Virus record (IMG/VR): IMGVR_UViG_3300012009_000259
DNA: 64,000 nt
Reading direction: 5' to 3' (one strand)
From: an uncultured virus (IMG/VR IMGVR_UViG_3300012009_000259)
Taxonomy: Duplodnaviria > Heunggongvirae > Uroviricota > Caudoviricetes
Positions within the stretch are counted from its first letter, which is position 1. Every line of letters begins with the position of its first letter. The translations under genes and the position numbers were made by a program. Below are positions 56,113 to 64,000 of this stretch, piece by piece. The notes below the pieces were generated by a model. It was not told the DNA's origin. It did not search any database and worked only from the letters and a program-made list of their open reading frames with translations.

Positions 56113-57021
56113 TTGCTTATACCCACATTAGGAGGACACATGCCTTCCCAGACTTATAGCAAGAATCAGATCGAAGTGATGAACAAACTCCTTACCTATT
56201 TCACTGGATTCGACAGTCTGACCGACACAAGCGATATAGTTGGTGCCTTTAGTGAGAGCCAGACCAAGATAGTGAAGGGGTGTATTGAGTGCGGTGTAGG
56301 AGCCAAAGAGGACTTAATTTCTACTCAAACGCTAAACGCCCAGGAACTGCTACACATGCGGATGCCACCATCAAACCACTCCATAGAGGAGTCGGTGAGA
56401 TTCGAGATGTCTCGGCTAACGCGCCAGCATCTAAAGGGCAAGACAGGTAATTGGCGCTTCGTGGAAAGGAGGGAACGTCCTCTATCAAGACAAGAGGCAA
56501 AGAGTTGTTTCGGCATGTGGGTGCCAAAACACGCAGAGAAGGTGGCAGGCTTCCCCATGATTGTGCTTTTTCTCCCTAACGCCCCAAGAGAAACAGAGGT
56601 TGTACTTGAAGTTCTTAATTGTTCCATAAGGAAGCACGCTCAATACAGATACCAAATAGCCATCAACGACGTGCTAAACACTATGAGAGCGTATCCGATG
56701 GAATATACCGAAGAAGAGCTCTTACCCTTTTGGCTTGTAAATGAGCCAAGAAAAAAAGTCGTTGAGAGGGTTAAGATGCGTGACGCCCAAGTAGAGAAAG
56801 CAAACAAAGCTCCTGTCTTTGCGGGGGTAACAGTCGGTGATCATGTAGAGTTCTATGTCGCTCTTATGAAAAAGTCTAAATTCCGAAGAGGAAGGCAGTC
56901 TGGGGTGGTGACGAGTATAGAATACTCCAGGGGGTGCTACGAATATCCTGATGTCGCCATCTCCATCCGCATGGACGATGGGGGTGATATAGTGAAGTGG
57001 GGCCAAGGGCATTACACATAA
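56113..57021 (+). CDS. hypothetical protein (probable start 56140)
   Basis: aggagg RBS before MPSQ. Confidence 0.7.
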   Translation: MLIPTLGGHMPSQTYSKNQIEVMNKLLTYFTGFDSLTDTSDIVGAFSESQTKIVKGCIECGVGAKEDLISTQTLNAQELLHMRMPPSNHSIEESVRFEMSRLTRQHLKGKTGNWRFVERRERPLSRQEAKSCFGMWVPKHAEKVAGFPMIVLFLPNAPRETEVVLEVLNCSIRKHAQYRYQIAINDVLNTMRAYPMEYTEEELLPFWLVNEPRKKVVERVKMRDAQVEKANKAPVFAGVTVGDHVEFYVALMKKSKFRRGRQSGVVTSIEYSRGCYEYPDVAISIRMDDGGDIVKWGQGHYT

Positions 57022-57068
57022 TGCAAGGTCACGCTTTTGCCAAGACAGAGTAAACGCTCAGAATGGCC

Positions 57069-57374
57069 TCACCTACTTCGCAGGTATGTATATCTTGTCC
57101 TTCTGGCCGCTATCCCCGAAGGTAATGTATGTGTCATAATAGAGACACGAGGAAGAGAGGGGGTTGGGGGCGTAGTTAAAGTCGAAGTTGGTTGATTATG
57201 TGGTAGCAGAAGAAGGCAGGTCTCGTCACATACAAAGGGGCTACTAAATATCCCCTCAGTGCCTAAAGAGGAAGACAGGGGGGTAGGCGTTACCTGTCTA
57301 CATGACGACAATAATAACATAGCCATAAGCACTACTGCGAGTAATACACTACCCACATTCCATCTATTACCCAT
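57069..57374 (-). CDS. putative lipoprotein
   Basis: MGNRWNVGSVLLAVVLMAMLLLSSC. Confidence 0.5.
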   Translation of the reverse strand: MGNRWNVGSVLLAVVLMAMLLLSSCRQVTPTPLSSSLGTEGIFSSPFVCDETCLLLLPHNQPTSTLTTPPTPSLPRVSIMTHTLPSGIAARRTRYTYLRSR

Positions 57375-58016
57375 TGCTCCCCTTCTTTTCGTTTGTTCCT
57401 CTATTACACCCTCGTCTATTGAACAAAGTATAGATAGTTCGTGCAGGATAGTATAATATGGTGATAGCAGGAGGAGTCGTATAGTCCAAGCATTGCATAA
57501 GGAGGAATTATGCAAAGACCAGCAAGACAATACTTTTAATACTGGGAGATCAAGCGACCCAGGAGTACATCAAACATAAGACCCTTATCGTCAGGATTAG
57601 TCGTCTGGCCCTACCTAACCCCGATAACGCCTTCAAGGGTTGTAGCCTATGATGGGTTTCAAGTACACAGAGAGAAGAATGATTCCAACGCCCTCTTTGC
57701 GTGGCTATTCACTCTAATGTCTCCCACTCTAAAATGTCGGAAGTGCTTGCTATGTTGACCCACAGGCACTCAAGCGCCGAGGTAGCAAGAGGGATAAAAG
57801 CAATCGTAGGGTTCAGTTATTCAAATACTGGCGAAAAGTGAGACTATTACTTGCTGCTAAGCAAGGTACTGCTTTCGTACTCTGGGCCACGTCGCAAAGG
57901 CGTTCCCGACTTCAAACATTTTCGAGAGACAGTAGGGTGGAACTCCACTCTCTTCAAAAGCGACCAGTTTTGGAAGTCCTTATCCGAACACTATTCAGCA
58001 TCTTAAAAGGGGGGTT

Positions 58017-58241
58017 ATGATTTCAGAGTTTATAAAGACCTACATAGACAAACAGAAGCACCAGATGATTAAGGAGTATGAGGTGCTTAGATCGCAGGGT
58101 AAGTTGGGGGATTGCCTACTGCGACAAGCCGCCCAAAGGTATATCCGAGAGAATGGTATGTCAGGGGGGTATGTCGTAAGGTGCATGGGAGATATTGCTT
58201 TAGAATGCTATCGCTACTTCTATCAAGCCACGTATAAATAG
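58017..58241 (+). CDS. small hypothetical protein
   Basis: 74-aa ORF with G-rich RBS. Confidence 0.55.
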   Translation: MISEFIKTYIDKQKHQMIKEYEVLRSQGKLGDCLLRQAAQRYIRENGMSGGYVVRCMGDIALECYRYFYQATYK

Positions 58242-58648
58242 CAATGCAACGCACAACACTATTATAGTCGCTAAGGTGCTGTGCGTTGTACCGTTTGCGC
58301 CTGTTTGCTCCTCTTTCTTACTCATAAGAATCCTGTTGCACACTCCCAGTTTGGGCTCCGTGAATCTTGCCTCTCTTGCGAACCATGCACGCCTTTCGAG
58401 GCTTCTCCCGATATGTAGTCCTACAGGGGAACTCATCCATTTCTTAAGAAAAGCGCCCGTGTCTTTTCCCTATGCTCTTAAGGGACTTGGACAGCAAAGG
58501 GCGCCTTTACACCTGATAGTTCTTTTTGAATGTTCACGACAACCTTCTTAATCTATCTACTCCTTATTACACATTGGCATAATAAAGCGGGTGTTGCGTT
58601 ACCTGCAACATTGCTTTGTTACAATAGGGGTAAATTATACGAAAGGAG

Positions 58649-58975
58649 ATGCTCATGCAATTACAGAGTCAGGATAGGAGTGGAGAGTCTATCGTTTTCC
58701 TGGAGGAAGGGGATAGGGGATATGTCGTAACAGTACACAAGGGGCGATTCCCCGCTCATTACAGCAAATTGTTCGAAAATTATAAAGAGGCATTAAGGGA
58801 GTTTAATAGATTGGCTAAGTTTGACACCTACATGATAAAGGAAGTCACCGGCAGAGTAAAAGATCAGATTAACCCTGCTGCGACATTCGAGCAGGTGATG
58901 TTGTTTCTTCTCGATGCGCCTAGGGGGATTGCCACGGTAGAGGCGGCTTTCGAATGGATTTCAAAAAAAGCATAG
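58649..58975 (+). CDS. hypothetical protein
   Basis: aaggag RBS. Confidence 0.6.
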   Translation: MLMQLQSQDRSGESIVFLEEGDRGYVVTVHKGRFPAHYSKLFENYKEALREFNRLAKFDTYMIKEVTGRVKDQINPAATFEQVMLFLLDAPRGIATVEAAFEWISKKA

Positions 58976-59421
58976 ACATAGCGAACTTAGCCTTGTTACA
59001 TGAAGCAGCTCACGCCTGGGTAATACTGCGATACGCCAATATGCCAGTAACTATCGTGTTACCTTCCTCACCTCTCTCCAAAGAAGACCCACGCTGTGAG
59101 TGGGATAGTGAAGAGTGGTTTAACAGAACGCAAGGAGTTGCAACTGTTGTGACCATAGCCCTATCTGGACTTGCTGCCGAGTTGAATGCTGGCGTACCTG
59201 AGTATATAGCATGGGAGAGTGCTAAAGAGGACATATTGAGCCTTACTAGATGTGGACTACCGCGCCAAGACATCCCACCATTTCTGATGGAGGTTCGAGG
59301 TATTCTTAATGCCGACAGCTTCTTCAAGTTCTTGGAATGGTTGAGGGGGGAGATAACTCAAGATGGACTACACATAAGTCTTACTCCAGACATCCTACAG
59401 AAGAGTCATCTTAAGAGGTGA
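58954..59421 (+). CDS. zincin metallopeptidase resembling a stand-alone FtsH/M41 protease domain
   Basis: LLHEAAHA, ALSGLAAE, SAKEDI. Confidence 0.65.
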   Translation: MDFKKSIDIANLALLHEAAHAWVILRYANMPVTIVLPSSPLSKEDPRCEWDSEEWFNRTQGVATVVTIALSGLAAELNAGVPEYIAWESAKEDILSLTRCGLPRQDIPPFLMEVRGILNADSFFKFLEWLRGEITQDGLHISLTPDILQKSHLKR

Positions 59422-60047
59422 TCTTCTCCATAAGCAAGAATGTCGTGCCGTTTCTCGTAGAGACCTACGACTTTATCTTTATAAGGGACAGTATTCTTTT
59501 CCTCTACGTCAACACGAAGCATTACCACGCCTATAATCAACGCATCTGCCAGGAGCAACAACAGAAGGTATCTTACTGAACCCATAGGCGCAAAGATACA
59601 AAAGGCTATAAATATCAAACATACTGATACAAGGATTGTCGCTCCAGCAATCCATTCCCAGTCCTCACATCTTACCAAAGGGGCGTCGTCAACATGCGGA
59701 AGACTCCATACCTTTATTACTGCACTGTCTTTTAGGCTCTTGCTCACCGCAAAAGCCTGACTGGGAATCCATTTCTCTTTAGCGAAACACTCCACACGCC
59801 AATCTGATAATACCCCATTGGGAGTGACAGTCACCATAAGGGTATCACCACTATATCTTTCGTGATTGGGAGACACACGGAATAGATAATTACCCTGTTC
59901 ATCAATCTTGGAGAAATTAGCCTCTACCCCCTCGACCCCAGATTCTTTAATGACCTCTCTTAAGCGGTCAAGACATTTGTTTACCCTTCTCTCCCGTCTT
60001 TCTTGTTGTCTTGCTATGTACCTATCATGGGCATCAATTATATCCAT
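59406..60047 (-). CDS. membrane protein
   Basis: two C-terminal TM helices. Confidence 0.65.
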   Translation of the reverse strand: MDIIDAHDRYIARQQERRERRVNKCLDRLREVIKESGVEGVEANFSKIDEQGNYLFRVSPNHERYSGDTLMVTVTPNGVLSDWRVECFAKEKWIPSQAFAVSKSLKDSAVIKVWSLPHVDDAPLVRCEDWEWIAGATILVSVCLIFIAFCIFAPMGSVRYLLLLLLADALIIGVVMLRVDVEEKNTVPYKDKVVGLYEKRHDILAYGEDHLLR

Positions 60048-60085
60048 CTGTCCCCCTTTGTATTGAGCTTGTGAATTTCTGTTCT

Positions 60086-60307
60086 CTACGTCATTACCCC
60101 GACCACGAAAGTGATCAGCATTGTTACAAGCAGAGAAGGGATGACCAACAGGTTGAAATCGGGTTGGTCATATTTTACGCACATGTAGGCTACTTGTCCG
60201 AATGTAGACAGACACCCTATTGTGACGACTACCCCCTTAAGAGTGCGGCTTCTCCGGTTGCGAATCTCTTGCTCTACAACAGAATCCAGCATTTTTCGTA
60301 GACTCAT
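60086..60307 (-). CDS. small membrane protein
   Basis: aggagagg RBS, hydrophobic segments. Confidence 0.55.
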   Translation of the reverse strand: MSLRKMLDSVVEQEIRNRRSRTLKGVVVTIGCLSTFGQVAYMCVKYDQPDFNLLVIPSLLVTMLITFVVGVMT

Positions 60308-60449
60308 GCCTCTCCTTTTTTGTTTTATTATACCTTTAGCGGACTTTGCGGGTGTTGCTCTGGGTCTTAAAAAGTATAATAGGGCGGGAAGAGATGATAG
60401 ATTCTAGTAGGTATTGGAGAACGGCACACCATATTTAAGGAGGTTTTAA

Positions 60450-60773
60450 GTGGAACCCTTTACGGATTTTAAGAAAATGTTTCAGTGGATAGCAAAAGTG
60501 CTACAGCAGTGTGAGGAGTCTTACCTAGACATCAGATACAATAATACGGACATCTATGCAGGCGAAACCTTCCATGATGGCACTATAATGTTATACACGG
60601 TGCCCAATACACAACACTCTCGAAGGCTCCTCCTTGATAGAGTTAATGCTTTCATAACGGGGGAGGGGCAATCCTACGAGCATGAATACGATGTACTTGT
60701 AGACTGCGCGATTGTGCTTAAAGAGGCTCTGAAGGATTCTGGAAAAACATACAAAATGCGTGCCAACCTATAG
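60450..60773 (+). CDS. hypothetical protein
   Basis: aaggaggt RBS, GTG start. Confidence 0.65.
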   Translation: MEPFTDFKKMFQWIAKVLQQCEESYLDIRYNNTDIYAGETFHDGTIMLYTVPNTQHSRRLLLDRVNAFITGEGQSYEHEYDVLVDCAIVLKEALKDSGKTYKMRANL

Positions 60774-61284
60774 ATGGAACAAGCAGCAAAAGGTTGGACA
60801 AAGAGAGGGGTCTATGAATAACCCACAACCACCAATGGCAATAGTAGAGTCAGGGATACATCTTGAAGTATGGTTCATGGGGAAGTATGCGAGATTCCGT
60901 TTTGTGCTCCCTGTTCCATTAAATCATTTGCGAAATATCGGGATACAGATTCTCAATAAGACCGACAGGCAGATACAATATAAATGGTCGGTGTGTGGCC
61001 TCAGATCGGTTATGGGGAGGGGCAAACAGTCAGGGGTGATTCCTGCCGACAGGAAGGCAGTCACTTTACACCGGACTGACGATGATTCTGTGTCAATAGA
61101 AATAATGATACAAGAAGGGGAAATCAATATACAGGGGGGGCAACCCTATATGGGCGTAGTAACCTCTCAGAACAGCAGTGGAGTCTTGGTTAAGTGTGCT
61201 CTATTGGATGGTTGTGGGGAGAGGTGCATTACTCAGGGAAGCACTTTCTGGGGAAGCTCTACAATTATAGATTTCCCTGAGTAA
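60760..61284 (+). CDS. hypothetical protein (start probably 60814)
   Basis: gagggg RBS before MNNP. Confidence 0.5.
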   Translation: MPTYRWNKQQKVGQREGSMNNPQPPMAIVESGIHLEVWFMGKYARFRFVLPVPLNHLRNIGIQILNKTDRQIQYKWSVCGLRSVMGRGKQSGVIPADRKAVTLHRTDDDSVSIEIMIQEGEINIQGGQPYMGVVTSQNSSGVLVKCALLDGCGERCITQGSTFWGSSTIIDFPE

Positions 61285-61580
61285 GGAACTGTAATACCAC
61301 ACAAAAAACCGACGAAATAGCAGCACTCTTCTTTCAAAGGTTTCGTAATGACCCTGCCTACGAGGGCAGTGGAAGGCTTATAAGAAAAAATGGGCTGACT
61401 AAGAAGCAGGCGAATTGGTTAAGCGATATATGGTTTAGGGAAAATAGAGGGGTTGCCACAGCGAGGGGCTTTGGAGGCAGAGGTAATTTTTACTATGGAC
61501 GGTGTGTTCTACTCATGGTCACTTTGGTTGTACCCCAATGCAGGAGGCGTATTAGAGGTGCGTGAGACATTGGAGGGGGT

Positions 61581-61940
61581 GTGGGCAATTTAATAGATAG
61601 TGTTCCTGCCGGATACCGATATGTGATCAGGTTCTACCTTGCCAATCGAGAGAAGTATAAGGAGATAAGACCGCATCTCGTACAAGAGTATGGTGAAGAT
61701 AAGGTTGGTATCGTTGAGAGTCTGTCTGATATAAACCTAAAGATACTTCAAGTGATAGATGAATCTACTAGGAAGCCTGTTTCCGGTAGACAGGGGCCTG
61801 CCACGAAAAGACACCTTCAGTTGGTTAAGCAGAAGAAGAACATGAAATCCCTCATGTTAAGGGACGCAGACCTGCGGATAATACGCTCAAAGATGATTAT
61901 GGTCGGTCACTTCATAAGAGATGTTAAGGATTATGCGTAG
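61581..61940 (+). CDS. hypothetical protein
   Basis: ggaggggg RBS, GTG start. Confidence 0.6.
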   Translation: MGNLIDSVPAGYRYVIRFYLANREKYKEIRPHLVQEYGEDKVGIVESLSDINLKILQVIDESTRKPVSGRQGPATKRHLQLVKQKKNMKSLMLRDADLRIIRSKMIMVGHFIRDVKDYA

Positions 61941-62019
61941 TCACTATTTCTGCTCCCCAGGTAATCTATACATTCCTGAATGTCCAATCTCATATAGCCT
62001 ATGATAGACGATATTAAAA

Positions 62020-62511
62020 TCATGCAGGCGACCATCTCGCCCCCCGATAGAGGGCGATAGGCTCTCTTGCTGCTTTTCTTTCCCTATCTCTCGGTGAAGC
62101 AAGAAACTTGTCTGCCTTTGTTATGCCCACGATATATCGTAAAAGCCCCCCCGTTACGACTTGTACCCTGAAGGGGACAGAACAAAGGTGCGCCAGTCCC
62201 TTTCTGTATCCTACTTTAATGGCCTTCTCCATACATGCCCCCACCAAGAGCAAGGGGGTGTCTGATGCCGACCTTATCTTGTCAAAGGTACGGGGCATTC
62301 CGTCCGAGACTTTTTGCGCAGTCTCCATCGCCTTGCCAGATAACATTCTATTCTTATGCGCACTTAAGGCACTTCTTTTGACTATGGATGTCCTGTTGGT
62401 TATGTACTCTTTGTTGGCGAAAACATTGGCTCCGAATACATGCTCAACAGACATCGGAACATTAGTGATCTCTATAAGGTCTTCAATGCCTATTTTCTTT
62501 GGGTGCCACAT
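62020..62511 (-). CDS. hypothetical protein, possibly frameshifted at a G6 run near its 3' end
   Basis: aaggag RBS; resembles the C-terminal part of 21468-22751. Confidence 0.6.
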   Translation of the reverse strand: MWHPKKIGIEDLIEITNVPMSVEHVFGANVFANKEYITNRTSIVKRSALSAHKNRMLSGKAMETAQKVSDGMPRTFDKIRSASDTPLLLVGACMEKAIKVGYRKGLAHLCSVPFRVQVVTGGLLRYIVGITKADKFLASPRDRERKAAREPIALYRGARWSPA

Positions 62512-62536
62512 CTAGTCTCCTTTGAGTGTATTTTAA

Positions 62537-62932
62537 CTACTTGCCACTTTCACACATCTGCAACCTGCGTTTTAATTCTTGCAACTCTCTTTCCTTTTGT
62601 TGTAGTTGCTTTTGACTTGCCTGCCGATAGGCAAGATAGACCAAGCATTCCGCCTGATGCAAGATGTTGTAATCCTCGTCAGCCTTCACAAAGTCCCCCT
62701 CAGTCATGGTGCCATATCCCCATGCCGCCCATACCCTATTGCAATAGAGCAGGTCTTCTAAAACCCCAAGCGCAATGGCTCTAAAAACCTTCTTCATCGC
62801 CAGGGTAAGAGAAGAGAAATCCTCTTGCAGGGCCTTCCATTCCGCAGAAGTCTTTGGCAATTTACTCATGGTATTTCTCCTTTGTAGATATTTCGATAAC
62901 TGTTTAAGGAACCACAGACAAAAGACGCACAA
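62537..62932 (-). CDS. hypothetical coiled-coil protein (probable start MSKL)
   Basis: aaggag RBS before an internal ATG. Confidence 0.6.
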   Translation of the reverse strand: MCVFCLWFLKQLSKYLQRRNTMSKLPKTSAEWKALQEDFSSLTLAMKKVFRAIALGVLEDLLYCNRVWAAWGYGTMTEGDFVKADEDYNILHQAECLVYLAYRQASQKQLQQKERELQELKRRLQMCESGK

Positions 62933-63350
62933 TTAGCACATTTAGTCTAAGATTTGCCTTGGTGCGATCAGGGTTAATAACGATTGAGAGATCAAGGTCA
63001 GCCCCCCGCATCTCGTTATCGGTTGGCAGCTTATACGAGTCTGAGGGGTTGTATCTGCGGGCAAGGCTGATCGCAGTTTTAGCAACTTCGCATGGGTTAC
63101 GTTCTTCAATGTCTTTATATGGCACGTTTACAGAGAAGATGCTTCTAAATGGTATGGCAAAGGTGGGAGAGTTAATAGCATACGAATCCTCTAGAGCAAT
63201 GACTAGCTGTAGTATATCAAGGCCTTGTAGTCTTCTTTTCGCCACCCCCTCATCTACTTCCCTTAGAAAAGGTCTTCCTGATTTAGAGTGGTAGACAATG
63301 CGCTGCCATTTGTCTTTTTCTGCGGAGTCCATGATCTGCCTTATCAACAT
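62904..63350 (-). CDS. hypothetical protein, paralog of 63633-63950
   Basis: shared PF.SIFS..VPY...SLAR...PT..E..G.D. Confidence 0.65.
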   Translation of the reverse strand: MLIRQIMDSAEKDKWQRIVYHSKSGRPFLREVDEGVAKRRLQGLDILQLVIALEDSYAINSPTFAIPFRSIFSVNVPYKDIEERNPCEVAKTAISLARRYNPSDSYKLPTDNEMRGADLDLSIVINPDRTKANLRLNVLIVRLLSVVP

Positions 63351-63640
63351 AAGCGCCCCCTGTTATTCCCACTATCAACTAGAATATATCGGCTCTGTCG
63401 TACTGCTCTTAGGATATGATGCACTTTCTCCATCGGTGCGTATAACTCTTCTGCTGTAGGTTCAGCAACAATACCATAAGGGCGGTGGCCTCTTTGTGAG
63501 AGCATCTTGACCTCTTTAGGGGGGATCGAGAGATTGCAATGGGCCAACACGGCCATGAACCCTTTGGTGTAGCGGTTGATGTAGGGGCCATCTGATGTCT
63601 CCATCGCCCTGCTACATATATCAGTAGGTCGTTTAAGCAT
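63344..63640 (-). CDS. hypothetical protein
   Basis: aaggagg RBS. Confidence 0.55.
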   Translation of the reverse strand: MLKRPTDICSRAMETSDGPYINRYTKGFMAVLAHCNLSIPPKEVKMLSQRGHRPYGIVAEPTAEELYAPMEKVHHILRAVRQSRYILVDSGNNRGRLC

Positions 63641-63950
63641 GTTTCCTCCTTGGGGATATAGACAATACTCGCTCGAACGTTATGCTCAGGTGTACGCCTA
63701 CCTCTTTTCGATGAGGCGGCACAACAAGGGACATGCTAAAGTCTACCCCTTTCACCTCTGTCTCGGTGGGGAACCTCACCTTCTCTTCCCTATTTTTACA
63801 GCCATCTCTTGCGAGACTAACGCAGTATTCTAGAACACCACGCACATCTTTTTCTATTATGAGTCTATACGGCACTGTGATAGAAAAGATACTACAAAAG
63901 GGAACTTTTATATAGGCTGTATAGATGGCGTATTCTGCCCCCTGCTTCAC
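63633..63950 (-). CDS. hypothetical protein, paralog of 62904-63350 (may extend beyond the window)
   Basis: shared motif block. Confidence 0.6.
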   Translation of the reverse strand: MKQGAEYAIYTAYIKVPFCSIFSITVPYRLIIEKDVRGVLEYCVSLARDGCKNREEKVRFPTETEVKGVDFSMSLVVPPHRKEVGVHLSITFERVLSISPRRKHA

Positions 63951-64000
63951 TATCAGTCTTGACCAGTTAGCCCCAGGATGTTCTTCTAGATCCTCGCCAC

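Noticed and set aside
1..64000. Virion structural module, integrase, CRISPR array or reverse transcriptase/DGR
   Set aside because: No recognisable motifs or repeat-spacer arrays were found by eye; divergent ORFans could still hide such functions, so phage versus plasmid is unresolved.

Overview
The window is gene-dense, about 47% GC by eye, and mostly ORFans. It looks like part of a large bacterial mobile element (jumbo phage or megaplasmid). Pro/Thr-rich membrane proteins, lipoproteins, a vWA lipoprotein and an RseP-like protease suggest a Chloroflexota (Anaerolineae-like) host; this is inference. No capsid, terminase, rRNA or ribosomal-protein genes were recognised. Recognisable genes are an FtsK/SpoIIIE-type ATPase operon, an SF2 helicase, a RecA/RadA-like ATPase, two sigma-70-family factors, DnaE, a PAPS-reductase-family protein, a WYL-like protein, dCTP deaminase, a DNA methyltransferase and an M50 protease. 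An array of 11 intact tRNAs (6 Leu, 2 Tyr, 2 His, 1 Cys) lies at 37.9-39.7 kb. The main finding is upstream of that array. A consensus-like promoter fires into a leaderless 24-codon peptide, MDKMKK-LCSLHLYL-GTLKGGREKA. Seven of its eight core codons (TTA, TGC, CTA, CAT, TTG, TAT, CTC) are read by tRNAs of the array, and mutually exclusive antiterminator and terminator hairpins follow. This looks like a ribosome-stalling attenuator that turns on a tRNA-replacement operon when those tRNAs are depleted. Also notable are a tRNA-like RNA whose anticodon loop is replaced by two hairpins, and four dispersed ~95-bp palindromic G/C-tract elements. All protein calls come from motifs read by eye; no database searches were run.
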